DNA of 63,262 nucleotides, the filler included, from Globobulimina sp. (taxonomy: Eukaryota), in the NCBI GenBank assembly GCA_003354225.1. It is 22 parts of 22 records of this genome, joined end to end, with 100 filler letters (N's around TTAATTAATTAA, not from the genome) between each part and the next. Parts side by side here need not be neighbours in the genome. Positions count along the whole stretch, not along the records: positions 1 to 2,783 come from PIVH01004907.1; positions 2,884 to 5,666 come from PIVH01004908.1; positions 5,767 to 8,549 come from PIVH01004909.1; positions 8,650 to 11,432 come from PIVH01004910.1; positions 11,533 to 14,314 come from PIVH01004911.1; 17 more parts are not named here. One strand, written 5' to 3'. A program made the position numbers and the translations under genes. The notes beneath the pieces were generated by a model. That model was not told the DNA's origin. It made no database searches and saw only the letters and a list, made by a program, of their open reading frames with translations. Shown in pieces: positions 1-11,599 of this stretch; the stretch's first letter is position 1, and each line of letters opens with the position of its first letter.

Positions 1-360
1 AAGGCGCATAGAAACGAGGCCATTATTGCCTTCATATTATGGTTAGAAGGCGCGTAGAAATGAGGCCATTATTGCCTTCATATTATGGTTAGAAGGCGCA
101 CAGAAATGAGGCCATTATTGCCTTCATATTATGGTTAGAAGGCGCACAGAAATGAAGCCATTATTGCCTTCGTATTATGGTTAGAAGGCGCATAGAAACG
201 AGGCCATTATTGCCTTCATATTATGGTTAGAAGGCGCGTAGAAATGAGGCCATTATTGCCTTCATATTATGGTTAGAAGGCGCGTAGAAACGAGGCCATT
301 ATTGCCTTCATATTATGGTTAGAAGGCGCGTAGAAATGAAGCCATTATTGCCTTCGTATT
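1..360. repeat. 46-bp tandem repeat (about 7.8 copies; runs off the contig start)
   Basis: Unit AAGGCGCRYAGAAAYGARGCCATTATTGCCTTCRTATTATGGTTAG starts at 1, 47, 93, 139, 185, 231, 277 and 323; no unique spacers. Confidence 0.97.
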
Positions 361-669
361 TGTCTACGCCAATCTCAAGTGGTTCATATTTGGTATACAC
401 AAATTTACATTGCTCAGAATGTAAAACAAAAAATAAATGTATCAAATTTTGTTTAATAATGTAGCTCAAAAAGAGCCACCCAGTTAACTGGTGATTTGGG
501 TTTAAATCCCAACATTTATTTTGCATCGAGATTGTTATACATTTATTTTTTTGGTTTAGGACAACAAATAATCTGTTAATTCTGTTTAGAATTTGTTTTT
601 GTTTTGTTATATATTATGAGTAATTGTTTTGTTGTTTACTGCATTCCATTCAAAAAATCGTATGTCTCA

Positions 670-840
670 AGCAATTGTTTTTTTGTGTTAAGCAATTTAT
701 TTCTTGCCTTCATCTCTTATTCAAAAAAAGTTTATGCCGTGCACAATTTATTTTTTGTCGTTACCAATTTGTTTTGTGTAAAAGCACTCTTTCTTGTCAT
801 GAGCAATTTATTTCTTGTCATGACCAATTTATTTCTTGTA
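670..840. repeat. Degenerate ~21-bp minisatellite (CAATTTATTTCTTGT core)
   Basis: Recurrent AGCAATTTATTTCTTG/ACCAATTTATTTCTTG blocks; they produce the spurious SNLF-repeat ORFs 604-849 and 624-866. Confidence 0.6.
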
Positions 841-1287
841 TTTTTTTGATTTTTTGTAATATTTAGGGATTTTTAAACTGCTGAATTTATTATAACTTTC
901 CTCATAAGTATACAGATTAAACGTAAAAAATGCAGCACGACTGGGAACACCCTGAAATCCATCTGATAGTCCAGCCTCTTGTACATAGCTTGCATAAGTT
1001 TGGAAATAAATAGTCCTGTATCTTCCAGCTTGTGGAGGCTGTGGAGCTCTGCCAGCTGCTGCATCTTCCCTTGCCTTAGTCTTCGATATAGAGTCTTTTA
1101 CAGAGAACACGCAACCCATACAAGCAGGAACACTGAGCACCAAAAGCGCAGCAGCACAACCAACATCATCAGCGCCGATTACTAATCTTCTAGTTTTTGC
1201 TCCATTTTTATCTGCGGCTGATTTGGATAAATGACACAGATCACATAATATGATTATGATGAATGTTAATGATATTGCTTTCCACAT
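829..1287 (-). CDS. Hypothetical small secreted or membrane protein
   Basis: ATG start, N-terminal hydrophobic signal-like segment, second hydrophobic stretch, GC higher than flanks; no family recognised. Confidence 0.45.
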   Translation of the reverse strand: MWKAISLTFIIIILCDLCHLSKSAADKNGAKTRRLVIGADDVGCAAALLVLSVPACMGCVFSVKDSISKTKAREDAAAGRAPQPPQAGRYRTIYFQTYASYVQEAGLSDGFQGVPSRAAFFTFNLYTYEESYNKFSSLKIPKYYKKSKKYKK

Positions 1288-1947
1288 TTTTAATATTTAA
1301 ATTGTTTTCTTATTTTAGATATTTTATATTTTATAAAATAGTGAGATTATGATTTTGGTTCATTTCATAATCAAATACGTTTGTTCATAAAACATAATTG
1401 ATTGTATTTTCTGTGTGACTGTGTCCAAAGTAACTCATTGCAGTAAATATTGCATCTTTAATCTGTATTTTATAATGAAACAAATAGTATCCAAATGCAT
1501 ATGCATTATTATTTACAATTGGAACAAATTTTGATGATAATAATGTGATGTATGTTGTTCTGATAACTGTAAAAATTTCGATTATTTTCTTGTGACTCTG
1601 CAATAATTATTTTGATCATTCTGTGTTTTCACCAATTTTGCAAATATCTCATAAAAATTCTACATTCATTTTTTTCGCATTTTTCATGGATTTTTAACAT
1701 TTTATCATTTTTTACCTTTTACCTGCTTTTCAATCCGTAACATGGTGCAGAAAAATTGATTCTTAGTATTTTCACTATTTTGAAAAAATATTTTAAAGCC
1801 AGCATTAAAGTGCAAGGATATCATTATTTATTTATCTTTCAATTCTGTATAAAAATATAACATAAATTGAAATAAATTGTTGTAATAACTACATTTACAA
1901 AACAATCACACCAAAACAAAACATTATATGTCTTTTATATTTGTAAT

Positions 1948-2783
1948 TCACATATTTGCAGCAAATCTATCCGCGAATCTATCGCAAACTTCCGTAAATT
2001 CATCCATATCAATGGTATCATCGCCTTTCGCCATGTCTTCAAAAGTGCCCATTTCTCGAAATCTGTCTTGAAAATCATCGGGAAGCGCCGCAATAAACCT
2101 TTCAAACTCATCTTGTGATAATCCTTCATCTTCGTCGCCCCATTCCATGCTCTCTTGAACGCGCATTAATATATCCCGTTGATGCTGAATTAATTCTTTC
2201 TGGATCGAATCTTGTACAGTTTTGCTCATTTCCTGTAATTTCCCCAAGCCCTCAATGTTATCATCAGCCAATTTACTTAATTTCTCATCCAATGCCTTAA
2301 ATTTTGTTATATTCTCTTCATAGCTCTTCGTAGTGGCTTGTAAACGATCGGCGGTCGAACCCAACTCTTCCTGCGCCTTACTCAATTTACTCACTTCCGT
2401 CTTCAACGCTGCATTCTCAGATTTAAACTCTCGATTATTTTTGCCAAATTTATCCACCTAAACAACAAAATAAAACAAAATAAAATAGGTTTTTAATTCG
2501 GAGTTTTGTTGTATATTACCTGTTCTTTGAGACCTAATAAGATACGAAAATGATTGGCGCCATAACATGCCAATATAAATGCACATAAACCAGCCGCTAC
2601 TTCACCAGTTAACTTTGAGGTGACTCGTAATATTAACCATAATAAAGTTAATATTCCAAATAATAAAAAAACTGCAAATTGCCACCTCCTCAATGGATTT
2701 TCTTTGAACCATTGGCATGATTGACATGGTCCTGATCTTACTGGTTTTGTTTGGCTTTTATTTAACATCGAATCTTCATCACT
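1948..2783 (-). CDS. Two-TM, coiled-coil, C-terminal EF-hand-like pair protein (2 exons, possibly 5' partial)
   Basis: GT-AG intron 2458-2519 joins LLGLKEQ to VDKFGKNN in frame; loops DEDEGLSQDEF and KGDDTIDMDEF resemble EF-hands. Confidence 0.75.
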
Positions 2784-2883
2784 NNNNNNNNNNNNNNNNN
2801 NNNNNNNNNNNNNNNNNNNNNNNNNNNTTAATTAATTAANNNNNNNNNNNNNNNNNNNNNNNNNNNNNNNNNNNNNNNNNNNN
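2784..2883. other. Artificial contig linker N44-TTAATTAATTAA-N44 (first of 21 identical linkers)
   Basis: Identical 100-bp spacer with stops in all frames about every 2.88 kb; contig lengths decrease from 2783 to 2777. Confidence 0.99.
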
Positions 2884-3666
2884 ATAAAAACGAATAAAGA
2901 TTTACAAAAAATATTGAAAATCAATAATCAAAGTGAAATACAAAACATTTTAAATACAATACTCGTTTTATCAACTGATACAAATGTAACTTTGCAAAAA
3001 CAGGAAAACGATATTAATATTTCAAATGACGAGACACCGAAAAAGAAAAAAACGTGGAAATTGCAAAAATTGAGCGAAAATGCAATTGGAATTAAAAAGA
3101 AAACGTGGCAATTAAAATCAGAAAAGAAAAAAACTGTAAATTTGCATAGTTTTTGGTCCAAATGCGGCACTCAAATGGCAGTGAATGGTACAAAAGTAGC
3201 ATATGATAATGGCAGAGGTGTCTATAATACGGCATATGCATTTGCATCGTGTCCGTTATCTGACGGGGTGCATGAGATTGTATTTAAGATCAGAAACAAG
3301 GACAATTGTGGTGTGTTCATAGGAATCACAACGAGCACTGACTATATCAATGGATATTGTTTTGGTCCCGGAGGCGATGAAATAAATTATGGCTATGCGT
3401 CATATGGATACAAATGTACAAATGAATATAGATATTCTGCTGGGCATAAGTCGCAACAATATGGCGTACAATATTCAGACAGTGACATTATTACTGCCCA
3501 TTTGAACTTTAATAATTTTACGATAGGTTTTTCTCGAAATGGACACAATTTCGGTGTTTTATCGAAGATTAGAAAACGAAAATATTCTGTTGCACTCTGT
3601 GTTGATGGCTATGGATTTACATCATATGCATTAATAGAAGTTGTTTCACACAAAATAACAAAATGA
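2884..3666 (+). CDS. SPRY/B30.2-like domain protein (5' partial)
   Basis: GVHEIVFKI...VFIGIT...YGVQYSDSDIITAHLNFNNFTIGFSRNGHNFG matches the SPRY beta-sandwich pattern. Confidence 0.75.
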   Translation: MKTNKDLQKILKINNQSEIQNILNTILVLSTDTNVTLQKQENDINISNDETPKKKKTWKLQKLSENAIGIKKKTWQLKSEKKKTVNLHSFWSKCGTQMAVNGTKVAYDNGRGVYNTAYAFASCPLSDGVHEIVFKIRNKDNCGVFIGITTSTDYINGYCFGPGGDEINYGYASYGYKCTNEYRYSAGHKSQQYGVQYSDSDIITAHLNFNNFTIGFSRNGHNFGVLSKIRKRKYSVALCVDGYGFTSYALIEVVSHKITK

Positions 3667-3817
3667 TTAAATTATTTTATATGTACGTTTCACAGCTGTA
3701 ATATTATAATTTATGACTTGCCCGAATGTTTCTGTATAAAAACCCAACATAAATCCAAACCGTTTTTGTATAAAAAACTACTCTGCGGTTATTGTAGTAA
3801 CTTTTACTCGACAAACA

Positions 3818-5520
3818 ATGTCGTCTTCAGAGCATGAAGTAGGACGATATCAAAAGAAAGAAGCATATAATCACGAACTAGTAACCTCTGAAGATTTTTA
3901 TGTATCAGAGATTGAGGCATTAATGACCCACATTGTGACCCCATTACAAGCCAATGCGTGCCGTTGTAATATCAAATCGACGGAAGTAGATTTTGTGTTT
4001 GGTACAATTGGGCACATCCTACAATTCCATATCCAATTCCTACGCATCATTCGCGACGAGCTGTCCTGCATTCATACATTTTGCACATACATCGCTTTTT
4101 TAACTATGTATCGCGACTATCACAACAAATACAATCTAATACTTGACATTGTGTCCCAATGGAGTTTTTCTATGCAATTTCGAGAATTTATGCACTTGCG
4201 ACTGCAAAACGAAAAGTGCCAAAAATACATAGACAATCGGCTATGTTCCATCCCGTGGTATTTATACCGCCCTTTTGAGCGAATCAAACAATATCATCGT
4301 TTCCTCAAAGACTTGGAAACTATCACTTATCCCACCGACGATCACCAGGAATATAAAGCGTTGTTATCATGTAAAAATAAAATCAAATCCCTATACGACA
4401 AAATAAACAAATCCGACCTCCATTTTATTAAAAAAACGCGTCTCTTAGAGATCCAATTGCAGATTTTTGGCAATACCGAGCCGATTGTCAACGACGAGCG
4501 CTATTTTGTGTATAACCGGATCTGTCAACTTAAGCTCAACGGCACCATCGCTAAAAAAACGAAAAAATACAAACATATTCATTTATACATATTTAATGAC
4601 CAATTATTGTGGTGCTCGAAGCGGGGACGATTCAAGCGATCATTCAAATTTATCAATACCAATTTAGGTATTTTCTATACCTTTTCTTTTGAACAAATTG
4701 TGTGTGAAATGGGTATTAAAATCCTTTGCTTTCAGTGTATGGCATACCGGATAGTTCCGGCGTGAGCGAAGCGACTTTATTTCTGCAATACGGGTCCAGT
4801 CAGCACCAGAAACATCATCGAAAGCACCAACGCAAAAAAGGCAGAAAAATATCCACTATTTACGAGCATAAAAAGAAAGAAGCAGTGATAGGCAAAGAAG
4901 AGGACATTGATTGGATGGACAAAATGGAAATCAATCACGGCAAAGCAACCAAGAAAGTGATACTGATATTCGTCAACGAGCAAGCAAGAGATCATTGTTT
5001 ACAGAAAATAAAACAAACGCAATCGAAATATATTCGCCGGTTACAAAGGAAGCGAGAGAAAAAGTTACGTGTCGCACAGCGGAAACATAAATACCAATTG
5101 GCATCATCCACGGAAGTATCGGTTAGTAGCTGTTTAACAGAGACACAAACCGAGGATTCTTCCTTTATTTCGGGCATGGAGCCGATGAATAATATGAACA
5201 TTTGTATGATGAAACCATTAGAAACGCACAACAAATATGCATCGCAGACACAGCTGTCGACGCCGACCATGTCGCAAATGTCCAATATCACATTAACGAT
5301 GAACGAATCTGATGAGACGGACGGGACATATTATTCGGAGGAGAATTCCTTTGAACATAGCAAGTCGAAGACATCCTCCTTTATATCGAATGGCGGGCAC
5401 TCCCAAAACGGATCCATTTCAATCTCCAATAATGTGAATAAGTTAAAACAATCGGTTTCCACGGAAATACATACGATTAAGGAAGAGGATGAGGATGATG
5501 TTAAAGCCGAACCTGAGTAA
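3818..5520 (+). CDS. RhoGEF (DH-PH) protein, 2 exons
   Basis: ELVTSEDFYVSEI and YLYRPFERIKQYHRFLKDL DH motifs; HLYIFNDQLLWC PH motif; GT-AG intron 4668-4735 joins the two ORFs in frame. Confidence 0.88.
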
Positions 5521-5766
5521 TATTTCATACACATTACACACCATTGTTGCATTAAAAATGTTTGCTTTTATGTTATTTTAGTATTATTTTTTCCAATTTA
5601 ATTGTCTTTTTGTTTTATTTTATATTTTTGTTTTGTTTTGTCTTTTTTTTTTTAGTTTCTTGTTTGNNNNNNNNNNNNNNNNNNNNNNNNNNNNNNNNNN
5701 NNNNNNNNNNTTAATTAATTAANNNNNNNNNNNNNNNNNNNNNNNNNNNNNNNNNNNNNNNNNNNN

Positions 5767-8549
5767 CGTACATACAGAGGACCAAAGTAGTCGATGCCAG
5801 TGTAGGAAAAAGCCGCGGATTGAGACATCCGCTCCTTGGGCCAAGGAGCCATTGCTGGAAGTTTGAATGGACCACCCATAACCCTACGACAAATTTGACA
5901 GTCCAACAAAACTTGACGAACTCGGGAACGGCCTTGCGGAATCCAGTATTCATGTCGAATTGATGCTAATGTTTGTGAAATACCGGAATGAAGCGCATTC
6001 TTGTGAAAACTTAAGATGACCAGCTTTGTAAAATGATCTTTGCTAGGGAGAAGCTTGGGCATCTTGGCAGCTTCAGTAAGATTAGCATTTTTGAATCTAC
6101 CATGACAACGTAGTAGACCTGAGCCGTCAATCCGTAAGCCAAGTTGATCACGAAGACTGTTCTTTGTTCCATTTTTGATTGCTTGCAGAACATCTGCAAA
6201 GTAATGTCGTTGTACTGCTAATTCCCATAGCAATTTTGCTCTTTCGATTTCCTGAGTAATAAGTGCTGCATTGTTGTGAGGTTTCGGCTTGCGTTTGTCT
6301 GCCAAAGTTAAAAATCGCAAAATTGTTGCAGTCACGCGAAGTAACTTGATAAGTGACGAGTAATCCTGTCTTTTAATTCTTTCGATTGGAGTAACCATTT
6401 CTTCCGAAGGAACCTCCCCACCAACAAGACCAACTTCAAACATGACTTTTGACTTGCGTGTCTCAGCGTCAATTAATTCCAGTGTTGCTTGATCAGTGAT
6501 TTCAACATCCCAATGAGGCCATTGTGATTCTTCTTGTTTAAGCCATGGGGGACCATACCACCAAATGGAATTCTTGAGCTCCTTAACAGAGCGACCTCGA
6601 GTAGCCATATCTGCCGGATTGGAGGTAGTTTTGACATAACGATAGGTAATATTGGTTGTTTTGCGTATGTCTTTGACACGATTCTCAACGAAGACAGACC
6701 AAGGTTTTTGGTTCTTGTGACGAATCCAATGAAGAACGACTTGAGAATCTGACCACAAAATCGACGACTCAATAGGCAAATGAAGTTGATTGTTAACAAA
6801 ATTGAGACTGCGAACACCGATTTGAGCTGCCATTAGTTCCAAACGAGGAATGCTGAGACGATCTGCTGGTGACAGCCGTGTTTTGGAAAAAAGAAGATTA
6901 ACAAGATGAATCCCATTCAAGGATGATCGCAAGTAAATTGTAGTTGCAAAACTTTCAGCGGACGCATCACAAAAACAATGTAATTGAAAAGTAGCACCAG
7001 AAGTTGATGAGTGACCTAAAAAACGAGGAATTGGAAAACTAGAAATTGCGTGTAATTGCTGGAATATTTCTTTCCATCGAGATTGCTTGTTTTCGTCTAG
7101 TTTCTTGTCCCAACTCATGTTTTCGGTCCAAAGTGAGCGTAGAAAGATTTTCGCAACTAACACTACAGGTGTAAAAAATCCAAGTGGATCATACACAGAT
7201 GCAAGTGCTTGTAATACTTCTCGTTTTGATGTGACATGTTCAAATTGATCTTTATCGAAACCAGTGATGGTAAGACAATCTTGTTTTGTATTCCATGAGA
7301 CACCAAGAACCTTGAAAACACATCCTTCCGCTCGGTGTACGGTAGGAATTTGCTGCAAAAATTCGTCTGAGTTTGATGACCATTCGCGTAGATTCAAGGA
7401 GACACTCTTGAAGATTTCTTGTGATTCATTGTATAATTTCACAGCGGAGTCTAGATTTTGAGCTCCAGTGATGACATTGTCAACATAAATATCATCTTTG
7501 ATGAGTGTGGCAATTGGCGTGCCATAGGTCTCCAGTAAATGATTGAGGGAAGCAGCAAGTAAAAATGGACTGGAAGTAACTCCAAATGGAATTCGACAGA
7601 ACCGATAAATCTGAAGGTTTCCATCCACTGTAGGGTTCTTTGCATCTAAAAACCAGAAAAACCGTGTCACATCTCGGTCAGCGTCTGCCAGACCAATATT
7701 AAGAAAGGCTTTTTCGATGTCAGCGATTAAAGCGACTGGATTTAATCGAAAGCGCAGCAATAAACCACACAAATCTTGTAGAAGGACAGGTCCGGGAAAG
7801 AGACATTCGTTCAAACTTTTGTTGTCTTTGTTTGATTTAGCCGAAGCATCGTAAACGACTCGAACTTTGGTGGTTGTTTTTGTGGGTGTTTCAACCGGAT
7901 GATGTGGTACATAATGCTTAATTGGACCTTCGATTGTTTCAGGTGTAACTTTCTCAATAATTCCAAGTCTGACTTGTTCTTGTATGATGTCATCATACTT
8001 TTTGAGCAATTCTGGTTTTTTTCGAACTTTTTGGCTATTGTCCGGAAACGTTTCAATGCCAAATAGTAATTTGAATCCAAATCAGGATCTTTGTCTCGCC
8101 AAGGCCATGAGACTTCGTATCGATTGTTTTTGACAGTTACTGTGTCATTGAATTGTTGAACCGCAATGTCTGCTTCTGATTCTTTTGCGGGTTCTTCGAT
8201 ACCGATTGTTTCGAGTTTCCAAAATTTTGTGAGGTCAGGATTTAATGGTAATGAGGCATCTGTGCCAACCAAAAAAGAAGATTCAGGGGGGGGCAGGATT
8301 TGTGTACGTGTGTACGAACATACTTGATTCAGTGCATTTCGACGATTTGTTGCCAATTCGACCTGCGATTATCCACCCCAATTTTGATCCCAACAAGTAG
8401 AGACCTGGTCTAACTTCAACACGTTCGGGAAGAGTTAAATCCAAATAGTAGTCCTGACCAATTAGTAATTCCACAGTTGATTTCTCTGCAGAAGTTGGAA
8501 ACGTGTCAGCCATAGCAAAATCTTGCATTAAGTAGCTGGGTGCCAAGAG
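5767..8549 (-). mobile_element. BEL/Pao LTR retrotransposon pol fragment (RT, RNase H, integrase zinc finger and start of the core), with two frameshifts
   Basis: HYVPHHPV..TTKVRVVYDAS, ADIEKAFLNI, RIPFGVTSSPFLL, IYVDN, LHCFCDAS, SIPRLEL, NPADMATRG, H..ALHSG..CQIC, YTGIDYFGP; shifts at T7 8016-8022 and G8 8286-8293. Confidence 0.95.
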
Positions 8550-8752
8550 NNNNNNNNNNNNNNNNNNNNNNNNNNNNNNNNNNNNNNNNNNNNTTAATTA
8601 ATTAANNNNNNNNNNNNNNNNNNNNNNNNNNNNNNNNNNNNNNNNNNNNAGACTGCCCCATTGTCAGAGAAGGATGGAGCTATCCTAAATAATATGTTTG
8701 CTGACAGTTAAGCAATAAACATTCGCATATCGGACAAATCCAAGAGTTATCC

Positions 8753-9949
8753 ATGTTATTTTTATACTATACAGTCATCAATAAAACACAAAACAACGGT
8801 TTATCAACATGTACATTAGTGCCATTTGTTAAAACAACAAATAAAATTTATTCCATTCAAGCACTGACTATTTTACTTTCGGGTGCAAATTTGAACATGT
8901 TTGGTAACTTTGGCCTAAAAAATGGATATGAATATATTGATGTTGCTTTGCATGAAGCAGTCAAAACTAAAAATATATCCGAAATGCATCGCATATTTGA
9001 ACTTACTATGAAGTTTGCGTCACATAATCCATCATACAAACCAACTTTATACACATCACAATATTGCTCGTTCATATTGTTTGCCGAATCGCAAAAAATG
9101 GAGAGAACGCACGAAAATGTGAACAGATTAAGTGTTTGGTTCAAATGGTATTATGTTTTAATATACAGACGCTGCAAAGTTTCAACTATGATGATATTAA
9201 ACTCGATGAACATTATATTGTCATTGCTTGATATCCGAGTTGCTATTAAAAATATAGCGACCATCAACCAGATTGATCGAGCGACGCTATTTGCTTTAAT
9301 TAATGGAATGATAAGGAATAGCAATAATGCGTCGGATTATGGCTGTATTTTGCAAATATTTGTGCGGAATCTGCATACAATTGGTGAGAAACAGCAGATT
9401 TTGTTGTATAAGAATTTATATTCTGTTTTGTTCAGATCACTGGCAGGGAACAGATTAAATTCTGCAATTGAAATAATTATAATAATACTAAAGCAAAATA
9501 TAGAATTCCGTAAGCAAATTAAACATATTTCGTTTGTCATACAAGCTTTAATAAAATATGATACCAGACGTGTTTTTGAACATTTTTTTAGTTTTTTGGT
9601 TGCCAGTATTTTTGCAGATAAATTGCCGAATGTAGTAACTGATTTGGAATTATATGTTTGGATTATGACTGCAGATGTAAATATTTACAGGAATCCGTTA
9701 CGAGCATTTCGTGCACATCGTATGCTTGTTAATAGAGACAGTGCATATGCGGACAAGCCGGAAATTCAGAAATTGTATTTAAATGCGGCATTGTTGTTTG
9801 GTAACAATTCAAAATGGAAAGTATCTGCCTCAAAAAGATCAACTGTTTTCAATGAAATTGATAAATGGAATAATACATTCGATACATCTTTGAGATCACT
9901 AATAAACACAGTATTTGAGCAATTTGGTATTGAAGAAAGGTTTATTTGA
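8753..9949 (+). CDS. Hypothetical helical protein
   Basis: 398-aa uninterrupted ORF in AT-rich DNA; no motif recognised. Confidence 0.6.
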   Translation: MLFLYYTVINKTQNNGLSTCTLVPFVKTTNKIYSIQALTILLSGANLNMFGNFGLKNGYEYIDVALHEAVKTKNISEMHRIFELTMKFASHNPSYKPTLYTSQYCSFILFAESQKMERTHENVNRLSVWFKWYYVLIYRRCKVSTMMILNSMNIILSLLDIRVAIKNIATINQIDRATLFALINGMIRNSNNASDYGCILQIFVRNLHTIGEKQQILLYKNLYSVLFRSLAGNRLNSAIEIIIIILKQNIEFRKQIKHISFVIQALIKYDTRRVFEHFFSFLVASIFADKLPNVVTDLELYVWIMTADVNIYRNPLRAFRAHRMLVNRDSAYADKPEIQKLYLNAALLFGNNSKWKVSASKRSTVFNEIDKWNNTFDTSLRSLINTVFEQFGIEERFI

Positions 9950-9992
9950 CAATTTTATAATAGTTTCAGCATTCTTTTTCCCTCTAAATATT

Positions 9993-10207
9993 GAAACAAC
10001 TGCATTTATCGCTGAGGTTTCAGGTTTTTTATGTTTCGAGGTTTCAATATTCCAGCAAAACGAGTTCATTCTAGCAGAAGAATGGAATCAAGGTTTCAAT
10101 GTTTGTAGGTCCGACAAAATCCGATTATGTTTCTCTCAAAATATTGGTCAAACCTACAAACATAAAAACATGAAACCTAAAACATCTGCGATAAATGCAA
10201 TTCTTTC
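9993..10207. repeat. Imperfect ~60-bp inverted repeat pair (MITE-like or foldback)
   Basis: Reverse complement of 9993-10051 aligns to 10140-10207 (AATATTG..AAACCT..AAACATAAAAA..TGAAACCT..GCGATAAATGCA..TTTC). Confidence 0.7.
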
Positions 10208-10241
10208 ATTCAATGTTTTGCACTAGTAATTTGGGTAAAGA

Positions 10242-10487
10242 TTAAATAAATTCTTTTCCTGTTAACAGTTCAACTTTGTCATGCTTCCTGACAGTCGCGA
10301 CAGCCATGCAATATTGCGATTTAGCTTTGTTCCATTCATCAAATAAAATAAAATAAAAGGATAAACGTAGTTGTTTCAATACATCTGGGAATGAGATATT
10401 TTGCAATTGGTAATATGTTTCAATAAACCCATACACGCATAATTCTGCTCGTTTTCCTCTCTGACCTCTCACAGTTGCAGTTGCCAT
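10242..10487 (-). pseudogene. Short or truncated ORF with an N-terminal F-box-like 'LxVYGFI..FPDVLKQL' motif
   Basis: AELCVYGFIETYY..ISFPDVLKQL resembles RELLVYGYIR..VPSHDVIQCI in ORF 46602-47465; stops after 81 aa. Confidence 0.4.
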
Positions 10488-10583
10488 TATATTACAAAAG
10501 TGTTTTCAAAAAAACAAATAACAAAACATTCACATTCTTGCTTCATTTATTTGTGTGTCAACTCTTCGTTGACCAAATTCGCA

Positions 10584-11432
10584 ATGAGTTTCCTTATCCC
10601 TTGTGATGATATAATTGATGGTATCGGTAAAGATAATGAATCATTACGTATCAACAAAACATTAGTCATTATTGGTTATCAAGAGATTCATTGGATGAAT
10701 AATACACCAACAAAAGAATGCACATTTTCAACATTCAATTCACTATTAAACAGCGATGATAATATCACCGTCGATAACATTGTATATATTAAATATATGG
10801 ATATATTTTTATGGCATAAAACAAATAAAATTGACAGAATGTATGCAAGTGGCAACACACAAAAATCTGAAACATGGGACAAAATTAAACATAAATATTT
10901 GCACCATTTTGATAACAATAAAGAAGAAAAAAAAGATGAAAACCAAGCATCCAAATCTGTGAAAAAAATAATATTAAATATAGATAAGAATCCAACAGAA
11001 TTACCAGGTCAACAACAAAAACATCGGTATTATAATTATTATTGGGATAATAAATCCGAAAACATAATAAACAATGGATTTTATGAGATATCGGATAAAA
11101 ACGATAGCTACAAAACTACTAAAATTAATATAGAAAAAATACTGAAAAAAGCATACAAAAAAACCAAATTATATCACCATAGTACAACTTTTAAATTTAT
11201 GACAGGCAAACAATTAGATGATGTGTACAGAAATTATGAAAATATGGAAATAAATATAATGAATGAATCTACATTAAATACCATATATCGGCTACAAATG
11301 GAAAAAGATAGAATATTTAAGAAAATTTGCATATTGAATGTATACGGAGAACAGAATAATTTTGCCCGTAATTGTACATTGAATCATTCATTGAATAAAT
11401 ATAATTATGATGTTTGTGCAGATAAATCCGAT
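10584..11432 (+). CDS. TIGR02452/DUF2263 microbial-type PARG-like macrodomain protein with a degenerate catalytic loop (3' partial)
   Basis: IINNGFY..INIEKILKKAYKKTKLY..EINIMNESTLNTIYRL..KICILNVYGEQNNFARNCTLNHSL follows the family motif order, but GGG and QEE are absent. Confidence 0.65.
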
Positions 11433-11599
11433 NNNNNNNNNNNNNNNNNNNNNNNNNNNNNNNNNNNNNNNNNNNNTTAATTAATTAANNNNNNNNNNNN
11501 NNNNNNNNNNNNNNNNNNNNNNNNNNNNNNNNATACACTCCACCATAGGTTTCAAGCACTCGAACTCAAGGCGAATTCGACCGGATAAATTCCAAAGGT

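Noticed and set aside
1..360. CRISPR array
   Set aside because: Units are contiguous and near-identical with no unique spacers, no cas genes are present, and the context is eukaryotic
604..866. Hydrophobic ORFs with SNLF/QFI repeats
   Set aside because: Translation of a T-rich 21-bp minisatellite
2828..2839. TTAATTAATTAA as a biological repeat or regulatory site
   Set aside because: Synthetic all-frame-stop spacer embedded in Ns
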